Notes: generated by a model not told the origin, from the sequence alone. DNA of 64,000 nucleotides from Octopus sinensis (GCF_006345805.1 NC_043000.1:115754001-115818000); one strand, 5' to 3'; counted from the first letter of the stretch, positions 1 through 12,676 are shown. Translations and numbers: made by a program.

Positions 1-70
1 CACCTCTGCTGTAACTGGGCTATTTCCAGAAGCAAGTACCTTGACCTTAATACACATATTACCTCTCCAC

Positions 71-146
71 TCGAGAAGGACAGTCTTTTGGATTTCTCTG
101 AGACATGGTTCTCCTGGGATATTATCTAGATGTTTTTGACATCCCC
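71..146 (-). mobile_element. R4/Dong-like non-LTR retrotransposon, C-terminal fragment
   Basis: Minus strand reads GCQKHLDNIPGEPCLREIQKTVLL, the same motif class as LPGNSHLRELQKITLIGTAHI at 60.2 kb. Confidence 0.55.
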
Positions 147-212
147 TTCTTCTTCTTCTTCTTCTTCTTCTTCTTCTTCTTCTTCTTCTTCTTCTCTTCT
201 TCTTCTTCTCTT
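147..212. repeat. (TTC)n microsatellite
   Basis: Direct inspection. Confidence 0.95.
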
Positions 213-447
213 CTTCTCATAGTGGGGAAAATTTGTGCAGAGCTTGTCGCGTCCTTCAAACTTGTACTAGTCCGGTGTAACAAGTGTCATGAGCCAATAA
301 CAGGATTTGTATGGAGTTATTTTCTCTTATACAAGTAGCTAAAGAGCTGAAGTGTCTCATCTGACCTGGATCCGTCGGGGCGCCTGAGAATAAGCTTCCA
401 GAAACAATTCTGTGACATACTAATTGTCCCATAGCTGGACCCTGACA

Positions 448-1010
448 GTGAAGGCGCATTGCTCAGCGGTTACAGCGTCAGCTTCACAATCATGAGGTAG
501 TGAGTTAAATCCCTGGACCGGGCTCTGTATTGTGCTCTTGAGCAAGGAACATTATTTCACGTTGTTCCAGTTCAGTCAGCTGTAGAAATGAGTTGTGACG
601 TCACTCGTGCCAAGCTGTACAGGCCTTTGCCTTTCCCTTGGATAACATCGGTGGCGTAGAGAGGGGAGGCTGGTATGCATGGGTGACTCCTGGTCTTTCA
701 TAAACAAATTTGCCCGGACTCGTACCTCAGAGGGAAACTTTGCCTTTCCCTTGGATAACATCGGTGGCGTAGAGAGGGGAGGCTGGTATGCATGGGTGAC
801 TCCTGGTCTTTCATAAACAAATTTGCCCGGACTCGTACCTCAGAGGGAAACTTTGCCTTTCCCTTGGATAACATCGGTGGCGTAGAGAGGAAAGGCTGGT
901 AGACATGGGTGACTCCTGGTCTTTCGTAAACAAATTTGCCCGGACTTGTGCCTCAGAGGGAAACTTTCTAGGTTCAATCCCATAGACATTCATGACCAAA
1001 AGGGTCCTCT
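448..1010 (+). mobile_element. tRNA-derived SINE (D-like head) with 3 x 113-bp internal tandem repeat
   Basis: A-box/B-box-like head (TTGCTCAGCGGTTA...GAGTTAAATCCC), then TGTGCTCTTGAGCAAG core; repeat units start at 625, 738 and 851. Confidence 0.8.
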
Positions 1011-1554
1011 CTGGAGCCTGACAGGTGCTATTACTCTGAATCCGAGAAAACCTGGAAACAATAGTGGCTAAGATGTGATCCCACACCCCTCAAAACCCTA
1101 GAATTCCCGAGCAAAGGGATTTCAAATTATACTTAGGACATAGAAACGCGTGTACAGTATCGATAAAGTCACCACATTTGGGTTTTATTTTGTGTGATAT
1201 ACGTTTATGAGATGAACGATACATTTGTGGTCTAGAATTGATATTTATTGTATTAGTGGTAGCGAAGGTGTGAAATAATGATATTAGATGCAATAGTGGC
1301 AGAGATGGCGTTAGGTTTATAAAATAGAAATTTATTTCTGATAGTAATGAGATTAAATACGAATACATGTAAAGTGGCACAGTCACAGTCATTCGCAATA
1401 ACATATACATGGGAACATGTATAGGAATGGAGGAAGGAAATGGAAAAACCGCACATATATACACATGGGAACATAGTAAACGCATATATACACATTCTCA
1501 GTAGTGTGTATACGATTGTAACAAATGAGTACATAAATAAAAACACACACACAT

Positions 1555-1586
1555 ATAATTATATGTGTATATATATATATATATAT

Positions 1587-1638
<52 letters not shown>

Positions 1639-1735
1639 ACAAGAATATAGACATACATATGTACATATATATATGTATATATATATATTATATATATATA
1701 TATACATATGCGTACATATATATATATATTTATAT
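1555..1735. repeat. (TA)n-rich microsatellite
   Basis: Direct inspection. Confidence 0.95.
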
Positions 1736-2975
1736 TACACTCACACATACTCAGGGACAAAATGTACAGGATTATATGAGTATATACACATGATCATTCA
1801 GAAAAAACACGTATACACACACAGAACTGCACACTCGTATATACAACAGGACTAAATTGCAATTAAAAATAACGTACAATTAAAACAGCAGCACAAAAAA
1901 AGAGAGAAAGAAAACAAAACCAACAAAACGCGGAAAAGTACGAAAAATGGACAATTAACTTTCTATTAAATTAAACAACCGAGAAAATATTTTTTAAAAA
2001 AATAACGTTGTTTCTGTTGGTATTTGTTTTTGAAAATTTAACTATAGAAATAAAATATTGATGACAATAAAATATTAAAATTGAACAAAACATTAAAGAT
2101 ATGATTATAACAACTACACTAAAATATAACAAAGACGTACAAATTGATGGTGGTGGTGGTGGTGACGAGTAAGGGGGAGGCTAAATTCGAGAATGATTTA
2201 TCGTCAAATCGTAATGATTGCTTGGCCATTAAGAAAAGGTTACAGCCATGTTTCAAGGCTTCTTTTACCATTTTTATGTCATTTTCTTTACAATTTATCT
2301 TTTGTATTAAAACGCATATTGTTTTAGAACTGCAGTCTTTGCAATACATTGATTCCTAGCTTGCTTTGGTTTTAATATTTCTCGTTTTCTTTGTCTATAT
2401 TTTATTCAAACAGCTATCGTTTGTTTTTCGTTTGTTTTTGCTGGTCTCATCGATGTCGTTGTCGTCGCCATTGTTGTCATGTTGTTTGTTATTCTTGTTG
2501 TATTGGCAATTGTTTCTTACTCAATATTGCTGCGTTTGTTATTGTTGTTACAAAATATCATTGTCGTTGTCACTATTGTTATTTTAACATTTAACGAAAA
2601 CAAACAGAAGAGACAGGGAGATAGAGAGGAAAGTTTCGGATGCCCATAAATATTGAGAGGCTGACTACAACACTTACCCTATCTGATAGAAAATAAACGA
2701 ATAGATTCGCTGATGCGTTATACATTCGTTATTTATGTGCGTGTATGGCACGGCTAGGATTGTCGTAATTGAAGATAAGCTACCAGCAAACAGACCTTAT
2801 AAACTAAGTTTAATTCTCTTTCATTTAACTTACAAAATTAATGACCATCTTTAAAACGCATAAACGTCACAACTATTGTCAGCTAACTTTAAATCCTACA
2901 AACACGTTATATATTTGTTATTTAACACATTAAAATTAATCAGCGTTCCGGTTTCGATTCGATGTTGAGTGTATA

Positions 2976-3553
2976 CAGGGTGTCCATAAAGTCTCTTTAC
3001 AATTTTAAAATTCTATTACAAAGGCAGTTGACAAGATATCTTAAGCAGATATGTTTTATTGTAATAGTTGTTTATGAAAGTTTTTTTAACTGTTATTTAA
3101 TAGACCTCAATATAGGCACCATTAGTTGCGCGAAGCACATCAAGACGGTACTCGATTTCTTGCTATGTTCGCTGTAGGATAGCCTCATCAATGGTGGCAA
3201 TGGCATTACGAATCCTTTGCTTCAAGTCAGCAATGTCCTGTATCTTTGTTTGATACATGATATCTTTTACATAACACCATAAACAGAAGTCCAAGGGAGT
3301 GATATCTGGCAAACGCAGTGGTCATGGAATTGGTTCATCCCTTCCAATCCATCAGTCTGGAAATGTTTGATTGAGGAACTGATTCTGTGTATCAGTTCTA
3401 TTCCATCAACAGAGTATCTGAAACACAAAAATTTAACATCAATAAAAACTTTAATAAACAATTATTAAAATAAAATAAATCTGGTTAAAATATCTCATCA
3501 ACTGCCTTTGTAATAATATTTTTAAATTGTAAAGAGACTTTATGGACACCCTG
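2976..3553 (-). mobile_element. Tc1/mariner internal-deletion derivative, about 120-bp TIRs, TA TSD
   Basis: TA|CAGGGTGTCCATAAAGTC...GACTTTATGGACACCCTG|TA; minus strand 3097-3385 reads FLNQTFPD*WIGRDEPIP*PLRLPDITPLDFCLWCYVKDIMYQTKIQDIADLKQRIRNAIATIDEAILQRT*QEIEYRLDVLRATNGAYIEVY*, a transposase C-terminus with stops. Confidence 0.92.
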
Positions 3554-3699
3554 TATTTCTCTTGGGAATACTCTTAACATATCGTCCCTTCGTATTTTTC
3601 AAATGAACTGAAACTATTAAGGATTGTCAGCCATTGGTAGATTCTTCTGCCGTCTTGAAATTCGAATTGATTACCTTTTTTTTTAAATTTTATCTTTTA

Positions 3700-4037
3700 T
3701 TCTTTACTTGTTTCAATCATTGGACTGCAGCCATGCTAGGGTACGGCTTCGAAGAGTCTTAGTTAAACAGATTGACTTGTCTGGTACTTCTATCGGTCTC
3801 ATTTTTACCGAACTGTTTGGATGCAGGAATATAAGCAAACAGATACAAGCACAAAAATACACACACATATATATATACGATGGGTTTCTTTCAGTTTCCG
3901 TCTACAAAATTATTCACTCAGAAGGTATTGCTCGGCCCAGAGCTATAGTAGAAGATGCGTGTCGTACCGTGGAACGGAACCCGAACCCACGTGGTTGCAA
4001 AGTGAGTTTGTTAACCACAAAGCTATGCCAGCGCCTA
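3700..4037 (-). mobile_element. SINE group A (degenerate)
   Basis: Reverse complement of the group A consensus seen at 22375, 30105 and 58301. Confidence 0.8.
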
Positions 4038-4073
4038 TTTATATATATACCTTTCGAATGTCTATTTCATATA

Positions 4074-4956
4074 CACGGTCTGATTAATAAGTATCCGGAC
4101 TGTTGCTATAGTAACGAAGCTAAAATACGGAAAGTAAAGCCGATTAGCACAGATTGGCCTTCAACCCTGCTTTGCATGCGCACTAAGTTTTAACGCCCTA
4201 CTCGCTTCCGTTGTTTACAGCAGTGCTTGGAAGGAAGGTGTGTAGCGTGTGATCGTCGCATTGACCATGACACAGAAAGTTGAGCAGAGAATCTGCATCA
4301 AATTTTGCCAAAAGCTTGGCCATACCTGCTCAGAGGCCTATGCGAAGTTTTCAAAAACTTTTCATCGTTCCCGACACAATGAAGGAAATCTTGTGCAACT
4401 GAAACCCAAGTGTCCTTTTGGTCAACTGAAGGCAGTTTTGTCACAAACTTGGCAGACACCCATCTCATACCCAGATTTCAGTGATAATGGACTGAACTGT
4501 ACCGTAACTAATCTGCACATCTGATAACTCACGAAACGTGGATTCTACAATTTCCCCTCACAGCAGACGCACATCTGCGATGTTTTTCTCAGGTTTGCTG
4601 GTTGCGTGTTCCCATAAGGTTTATCAATATCGACATTTTTCGGCCATCTTGGAAACGTCTGAACCATTCGTACACTTGTGTGCGGTTCATACACTCCTCT
4701 CCATACACTTTTTGCAACTTTGCGCAGGCCTCTGAGCAGGTATCGCCATGACGATTTTGTCATGGTCAATGCGACGGTCACATGCTACACACCTTCCTCC
4801 CAAGCATTGCTGTAAACAGCAGAAGTAAGCTAGAATGTTAAAACTTAGTACACATGCACAGCAGAGGTCAAGGCCAATCTTTGCCAAGCGACTTCACTTG
4901 CGTGCTTAAGTTTCGTTACTATGGTAACAGTCCGGATACTCATTGATCAGACCTCG
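4074..4956 (-). mobile_element. Mariner derivative with two 5' ends (about 285-bp inverted arms)
   Basis: TIRs TA|CACGGTCTGATTAATAAGTATCCGGACTG and CAGTCCGGATACTCATTGATCAGACCTCG|TA; plus arm encodes MTQKVEQRICIKFCQKLG; minus strand encodes the frameshifted transposase N-terminus (KVYGEECMNRTQVYEWFRRFQDG...NDEKFLKT). Confidence 0.9.
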
Positions 4957-5314
4957 TATTTGCCTTCATAATGATATACAATTTTTTTTTGTGTGTTTGA
5001 TTTGGCGGGGAAGAGCAGAGCCGAATGCCTTTGAAGACGTTCTGCAACCAGGTGAAACCGAAGCGTTTTAAGGTTTTCTTGAACAGTTACAATTCGAAAA
5101 CTGCAAGAAAAAAAGAGTCCGCTATCTTAAATAAGGAAGAAAAGATTGCTCAGAATATTAACAAGACTTCAGAAAAAAATAAGAACTGGATTCGATTTTT
5201 TCGACTAGACATTTCAAGGTGGTGCCCCAGCATGGCCGTAAGCCAATCACTGAAACAAGTAAAATATGAAAGGTAAAATACATAATAATACACAATGGAG
5301 CACATCAAAAATAC

Positions 5315-5317
<3 letters not shown>

Positions 5318-5350
<33 letters not shown>

Positions 5351-5405
5351 TATTATTATTATTATTATTATTTATTATTATTATTATCATCATCATTATC
5401 ATTAT
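5318..5405. repeat. (TTA)n microsatellite
   Basis: Direct inspection. Confidence 0.95.
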
Positions 5406-5709
5406 TTTTCTTTTGTCTGAAAAGCAAAACGCATAAAAATGCTTCCAATCCCATCACAACACCGTTTTCTTCACAAAAGCGAAAACAAAAGAGAAAACAA
5501 ACAATATGCCAAATTGCCAAACAAATAAACAAACGAACAACATCATTAGTGTTAATTAACTAAATCCAATTACGAGATGCATAATGAATAGAGAAAAAAG
5601 AACATACTAATTTCTTAAAGACATTTTACTAGTGCCATTTGTCTCAATGGGAAAAAAAATTAATTATCAAAATAACGTGAAAAAATGTAGCTTTTATGCA
5701 CTATGTGTG

Positions 5710-5990
<281 letters not shown>

Positions 5991-6189
5991 ACTCTCTCTG
6001 TCACTCTGTCTGTCTATCTATATGTGTGTCTGTCTGTCTCCCCCCTCTCTCTCTCTCTCTATATATATATATATTTATGCATGTATGCGTACATACATGC
6101 ACACATGTATATTCTACATATAAGGCATGTTCTATTTATATATAGTGGCCCCATCATTATATATATATAGGTATATATATATAGTATAA

Positions 6190-6325
6190 AGCTTGCTTCT
6201 GAACTGCATGCTTCCGGGTTGAGGCACACCACGTGACACCTTCGGCAAATGTCTTGTACTATAGCTTCGGGGGAACCAAAGCTTTGTAAGCGGAATTGGT
6301 AAACGGAAACTGAAAGAAGCCCAAC
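6190..6325 (+). mobile_element. SINE group A, 5' part
   Basis: Matches the group A head through GGAAACTGAAAGAAGCCC. Confidence 0.7.
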
Positions 6326-7547
6326 ACATATAATACATATATATATTGTACATATATGTAAATATATACACTTATACTATATATGTAAAAATATTTGTAT
6401 ATATATATGTATATATATGTATGTATAAATATCTGTATATATATATATATATATATGTATAAATATCTGTGTGTATATATATATATATAGTTTACTGTGA
6501 AACTATTTGATAAACATCAGACAGATGTTGACACCAAGAAATAGGGATATTGTTTTGTTTGTGTTTGATAACTTGCCAAAGTTGACCCAACTTTACACAT
6601 TTTCTCCCGACAGGTTGGCACCCACAGACTTGTATAGCTAATCTGTGAGACTTGAACAGATAATCTTCAGTTTGTTGCTCCCAAGAATTATTTGTTGTTT
6701 CTGCAGTATGAACAGCAACTTTGTTTTACTGAAAAAATAACTTCAGTATTTTTTGTTTAGTAAATTAGTTTTGAACATTCGGAAATACTTTTCTTAGTTT
6801 AAAGTTTTAGACATTCCAAGTCAGAAACCGACTGCTTACCAAGACATCCACGTGAAAATGCCCCTCACTCCAAGTTCTGAATTCCTCCATATTTTGTTGT
6901 TGAATTTCTTTCGAGAGGGAATCTTTCACAGTCTCTGTAAAAACAACGTTCTGGAATTTCACTGCAAAGTCCGAATCTTGCTTCAAGAATCCAACATATT
7001 TTCAAAACCAGTTCAAATTTCAAATTAAAGTTACTGTTTCTATATTTGATCAAAAGGTTCAAACTGTATTTGATGTAATTCTTGCTTTATGGAGTGTTTA
7101 ACACATCTTTTAGAAGAAAACTCAGTATTTTTCGACCTTGTAATAATGGTCTTCCTAAACTATATTGACAGTCCCTGTAGATTTTTTCTTTCCTGAAAAA
7201 TATTTGAAATACATTTAGTGCTCTGAGACTACAGCCATTAGTATAAGGGAGACAGCAATCTTCTCACAACACGAGGCGAGATAGAAATTTGAATTTGAAA
7301 TTAACGATATAGCTCTATTTCATTCTTTTTAGAAATGTTCAGCATAATTTAAACTGTAACTTATAAAAATTAGCTATATTACGAAGAGAGATATTTCATT
7401 AAAACTGAAAATGAAATTAAGTAGTCTGGAGAATATTCATGGAATGTCTTTTCTTCTTCTACATTTGTCTTCTCCCATCTTTAGGTGTTGTAGTTCTGGG
7501 CCTGCCAAATTCTTACTCTCTTGCAATAGAATCAGTTATACTAGGTA

Positions 7548-7600
<53 letters not shown>

Positions 7601-7856
7601 GCACGCGATTGCTGTAGGAACTACCGCTGTCCACGAGAATTAACAGGATTAAGCTTCTATACATAGTATTAGATGGCTGCTGACTTTCATGACTTCATCT
7701 GTCCTTTCACAGGTTTTCAATTTAGAAGCGTACATACTGGATATAGGGAATTGATAGGAGGGTCATGGCTGGATAACTTTTCATTATATGTCTGCTCTAT
7801 AAATGTTGACCGCGAGCTATCAATAGCAAAGCAACTTAACGTAGATAAAGAAGTCT

Positions 7857-8030
7857 GAGTGGCTGTGTGGTACGTAGCTTGCTTACCAACCACATGGTTC
7901 CGGGTTCATTCCCACTGCGTGGCACCTTGGGCAAGTGTTTTTAACTTTAGCCTCGCGCCGACCAAAGCCTTGTGAGTGGATTTGGTAGACGGAAACTGAA
8001 AGAAGCCCATCAACTGAAAGAAACTCGTCG

Positions 8031-8093
<63 letters not shown>

Positions 8094-8304
8094 GTATATG
8101 TTTGTGTGTCTGTGTTTATCCCCCCCAGCACCGCTTGACAAACGATGGCGGTGTGTTTACGTCCCCATAACTTAGCGGTTCGGCAAGAGAGAATGATAGA
8201 GTAAGTACTAGGCTTACAAAGAATAAGTCCTGCGGTCGATTTGCTCGAATAAAGGCGGTGCTCTAGCATAGCCGCAGTCAAATACTGAAACAAGTAAAAG
8301 AGTA
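7857..8304 (+). mobile_element. SINE group A, near full length, with internal (TA)n
   Basis: GAGTGGCTGTGTGGTACGTAGC...GGTTCATTCCC...GAAACAAGTAAAAGAGTA. Confidence 0.9.
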
Positions 8305-8986
8305 TACAATAGTATATTTAAATATAAAAATATAACAAAATAAAAGTATGTTTATTCAGTAAACTGCGGTTGTCCCTCATATAAGTTTTATTTATTGCTA
8401 ACCTATTTTATCGAAAGTAATAAGACCGATGACAACAACAGTAATAAAATGCTCCAGTCTGCTAGAAATCCTGTTTTCATGCTGAAGCAGACTGAAGCAA
8501 TAAAATCCTACGGAAGGCTAAAAGTAGATGGCTTACATGGAAATATGGAAATATTTGAATAAACTGCAGCTTTTGAAAGCAGGCAATAATACCAGCATGA
8601 ATCACAAAGATATCACACACTAGCAAGACCCCCAGCAGCATTTAGGAGAGGACAGAGTCGATTAAATTTAATAAGTTACATAGCTCATGTATATTTTATT
8701 GGCCCGCAGAAGAAGGAGTTGAAAAGCAGTGTTTAATGCATCGAGATTTCGAATTCAGAACGGTTAGAAGTGCGGTTAGAGAAGGTTGTTTTGCAACGCC
8801 GAGGTTCTCGTTTTTATACCATTAAGCTTTTCCTTTTGGAAGGAGGTTTCGTTGGATATTCTGGTTGAATAATGTGACTTCTGAATATAGTTTGCTCGTC
8901 AGAGAGTGTGTGAAAGTCCATCGCAGATACGCAGTTTGCAACACAGCTCCACACACGTTAAAATCAAATGTAAAACTGGTAAATTG

Positions 8987-8989
<3 letters not shown>

Positions 8990-9020
<31 letters not shown>

Positions 9021-9253
9021 TGTATGTATGTATGTATGTATGTATGTATGTATGTATGTCTGTTTGCATATATACATAGATATATACGCATAGATAATAT
9101 TTATATATACATATATATATTGCATATATATATATAAATATATGTATGTATGTATATATATATATATATACGTACATATATATATATACATATATATACT
9201 TATATATATGTATACATACATATATACATACATGTACATATATATATACATAC

Positions 9254-9300
<47 letters not shown>
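8990..9300. repeat. (TATG)n/(TA)n/(CA)n compound microsatellite
   Basis: Direct inspection. Confidence 0.95.
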
Positions 9301-9319
9301 AAATGTATGTGTGTATGAT

Positions 9320-9480
9320 TGACCGCTAACTACAAAAGCATTTAAAAATCCTCTCTCTGCTTATTTCCTTGTGTTCCTTTCAGTTGAAGAACGTAGGCTA
9401 GAAACGTGAAAAACTTTCTCACTTTCCCGAGTTGCATGTTGTTTATAGACCTGTCTTCATCTATTGTTTTTGTGTAATTT
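9320..9480 (+). mobile_element. Penelope-type terminal fragment with decayed hammerhead-like motif
   Basis: Homologous to the 11148 and 21290 elements; core mutated (CAGTTGAAGAACGTAGGCTAGAAACGTG). Confidence 0.6.
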
Positions 9481-9484
9481 CCAA

Positions 9485-9521
<37 letters not shown>

Positions 9522-9654
9522 ATATATATAATATATATATATATATATGAACTGACCGTTTATACATATATCTTTAACCACGTGTTTACATACAAACTCA
9601 TAAATATGATTTTTTACTTAACCAAAAATAATACCCTAGACAAACAACCAAATA

Positions 9655-10497
9655 AGCTTTGTGAAAGGGCTCGAATACTGATGTCATCTACCTTGATTTC
9701 AGCAAGGTCTTTGACAGGGTTGATCATAAGATCCTTTTGAGAAAACTATCCAGCACTGGTGTTTCTGGAAAGTTATTACAATGGATCAAGGGTTTCCTGA
9801 CAGGCAGAACCCAACACGTTGTAGTCGAAGGAGTAAAATCAAGCCCAGCCAAAGTTAGTAGCGGTGTTCCACAAGGCACCGTGTTGGACCCACTTCTCTT
9901 CATAATCTATATCAATGAAACTACTTACATCATCAAGCACAGTAACATAAAAATCTTTGCAGATGATTCCAAGATCCACAAAGTCATCAATGAAGTGGGT
10001 AACCGGACATGCCTTCAGCCAAATCTAAAAGCTGTCATTCAATGAGCGGCAAAGAATAATATGCTACTGAACAAGGATAAATTTGAATTAGTCCGCTTTG
10101 GAAAAGAGCATACTCTGAAACTCCCATACTCCCTTCCTTCAGGTGAAACTTTCATGGCTTCCAACAACATCAGAGACTTGGGAGTAATTGTGGACAACAA
10201 CATAAGCTGGGTCGCCCATATAAACAGCAAAGTTGACATGGCCTGCAGAATGTGTTCCTGGATTCTCAGAACTTTCCAATTGAGAGATATCCACACCGTT
10301 ATCCTTCTATTCTCCCTTTTTGTTCGATCCCACTTTGAATACTGTTGTCCACTGTGGTCCCCCCATACGAAACGAAGTATCATGAAAATTGAAGCACCTC
10401 AAAGGCAATTACAAAAAAAAAGATAGATGGCATGAGAGGCCTTGATTATTGGGGTCAACTAGAAAATCTCAATTTTTATTCTCCCTCACGCCGCCGT
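9655..10497 (+). mobile_element. CR1/L2-type LINE reverse-transcriptase fragment (disrupted)
   Basis: DVIYLDFSKVFDRVDH...[18 protein letters not shown]...FADDSK...RDLGV...EYCCPLWSP; stop near 10043; homologous to 61964-63062. Confidence 0.95.
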
Positions 10498-11110
10498 GTC
10501 TTCGGCGCTTGGCATTTTTATAGAGAACCCATTTCTCGCCACCAGTCACTATTCGGTCCAAAAAAGGTTCATTCCTGAGACATGACAGCAAACAAGAGCA
10601 CACATTCACTCTCTGCGCGCGACTAGACTCGGTATGTTTGTGAGAAAGCCATTGATCCAATTGCCTGACTTTTCTGATAGCACGCAATATTATCTGCTAG
10701 TTCACAACAGTTACGATGGGATTATGTTAGACCAGGGTTTGCAGGGCATCCGCGTCGAGCTCTACAGATCTTCCAGGACGAGGCTCGTCTTCTAAGCTGT
10801 AGTTTCCGACTCGGAATTTCTGGAACAACCGTTGACACTGGCTTATGCTTATTGTCCGATCCCCATCTACTGCATTAATATTCCTTGCATTTTCCGTTAC
10901 CTTGTTGCCTTTATTAAACTTATATAACAAAATATTCCGAATATGCTCCTTTGCTACTTCCATTATAGCCTTGAAAAAAAAATGATATAATCGAACGGCA
11001 ATTCCAAGGTAAAATTACTCCCTGCTTTTATAGCACGTTGATGCAGGTAGTTTATCTCGTCCCCTCTAACTTTCTGTTCATGCAATTGAAAAAACGGCAT
11101 TATTTTTGGG
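10498..11110 (-). mobile_element. Mariner transposon, 5' part (3'-truncated, frameshifted)
   Basis: MEVAKEHIRNILLYKFNKG...EDEPRPGR (WFxKF / GRP-type N-terminus) and FLDRIVTGGEKWVLY (TGDEKW first catalytic motif, mutated). Confidence 0.93.
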
Positions 11111-11147
11111 TTTTATATATATATATATATATATATATAGTTGGAAT

Positions 11148-11325
11148 TTACAAAAAAAAAACAAAAAAACAATAGACGAAGACGGCTGTGTAAACAATAA
11201 ACAGATGTATTAGTTTAACGCTCGGGAAGTGAGAAAGTCTTTTACGTTTCGAGCCTACGCTCTTCGATAGAAAGGAACACAGAAATAAACAGGGTGAGAA
11301 AATAGATATAGTGGCTAACGATCTA
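11148..11325 (-). mobile_element. Penelope-type short element with variant hammerhead fold
   Basis: Minus strand: CTTT CTATCGA A GAGC GTAG GCTC GAAAC GTA AAAG at 11274-11239. Confidence 0.65.
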
Positions 11326-11534
11326 TCATCGCGAATGGTACATGCATGCCTACATATATACAGCGCAACCAATACATCGACTCAACAAACACTGGGATGC
11401 CTCTACACGAAAAGTCTTGTTTTTTCTGTTGAATTCTTTGAAGGACTTAAGTAAAAATACATACATAGACATGCACATATATATACGACGGTTTGCTGGA
11501 AAGTTCCTTGGCCAGGGATTAGAAAAACTGAAGG

Positions 11535-11668
11535 AACTACCGGAGCTTTGTGGAGTTTTAGGTGTTTTTGCTCAATAAACACTCACAACGCGCGGTCTGG
11601 GAATCGAAACTGCGATCCCACGACCACGAGTCCGCTGCCCTAACTACTGGGCCATTGCACCTCCACAA
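11535..11668 (-). mobile_element. SINE group C, 5' part
   Basis: Head TGTGGAGGTGCAATGGCCCAGTAGTTAGGGC...GTTTCGATTCCC. Confidence 0.85.
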
Positions 11669-11681
11669 TAAAAAGATTATT

Positions 11682-11888
11682 TTCTACTCTAGACACAAGA
11701 CCCGAAATTTTTGGGGAGGGAGCCAGTCAATTAGATCGACTCCAGTGCGCAACTGGTATTTAATTTATCGACTTTAAAAGGATGAAAGGCAAAGTCGACC
11801 TCGGCGGAATTTGAACTCAGAACGTAACGGCAGACGAAATACTGCTAAGCATTTCACCCGGCGTGCTAACGTTTCCGCCAGTTCGCCG
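11682..11888 (-). mobile_element. SINE group B (tail type 2)
   Basis: Core GGTCGACTTTGCCTTTCATCCTT...GATAAATTAAATACC. Confidence 0.9.
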
Positions 11889-12467
11889 CATTTCCGCAAT
11901 ATAAGATTAATGTCACACGTATAGCACACTGTTTCTTAATAAAAAATCGCTGTCAGTTAAAATTAAATCATTTAAAATAGATAACACTTTGTCGTTTTAA
12001 TTTAGCACTTTTTTTGTCAGTTGTAGACTTTGCAAGATTTACATTTGTCATGTCTATAAAATTTTTGCAAAATAGCATTAATATTTTCGTTTCTTTAAGA
12101 GAATTGTCGCGTTTGGTTTCTGAGAAAAAGTGTGCTCAAAATGGTTTTCCATTTGTTTCTAACATTGATGATGGTCTCTTGAAGATTTATGAAAAAAAAA
12201 AAAGAAAAAACGATAGGCGTAGGAGTGGCTGTGTGGTACGTAGTTTGCTTTCCACGAGTCCTTATTGTCAGTGTGCGCATGCGCCATTACGTATCACTGA
12301 AGAAGATAGCCGGCTGTGTTTAGCCTGTCAAAGAAGCTGCTGCAAGGTAAGTCTTTTCTCTTGGACTCGGTGAGGGTCGTTGTCTGTGCTTATATGTTTT
12401 ACAATCAGGGAATCCTCTCTGAATTCAGGATGTTGGTCAGCAATATGGTCCATAGTAAATGAAGATT

Positions 12468-12676
12468 GGTACTAGTAGCGTAGACTGGATCCGGTTTGCG
12501 CACACGCGCAGACGCGCGTCCGCGCTAGCCAGACGTAGGCAGTCGATCCTACGAGCTGACTGACGTATGCACGATATCGTGCATGCACCAGTCAGCTCGT
12601 AGGATCGACTGCTTACGTCTGGCTAGCACGGACGCGGCGTGTGCGCAAACCGGGTCTAGTCTACGCTACTAGTACC
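12468..12676. mobile_element. Palindromic MITE, Mutator-like (9-bp TSD ATGAAGATT)
   Basis: Near-perfect 209-bp fold-back GGTACTAGTAGCGTAGACT...AGTCTACGCTACTAGTACC; ATGAAGATT at 12459-12467 and 12677-12685. Confidence 0.85.
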
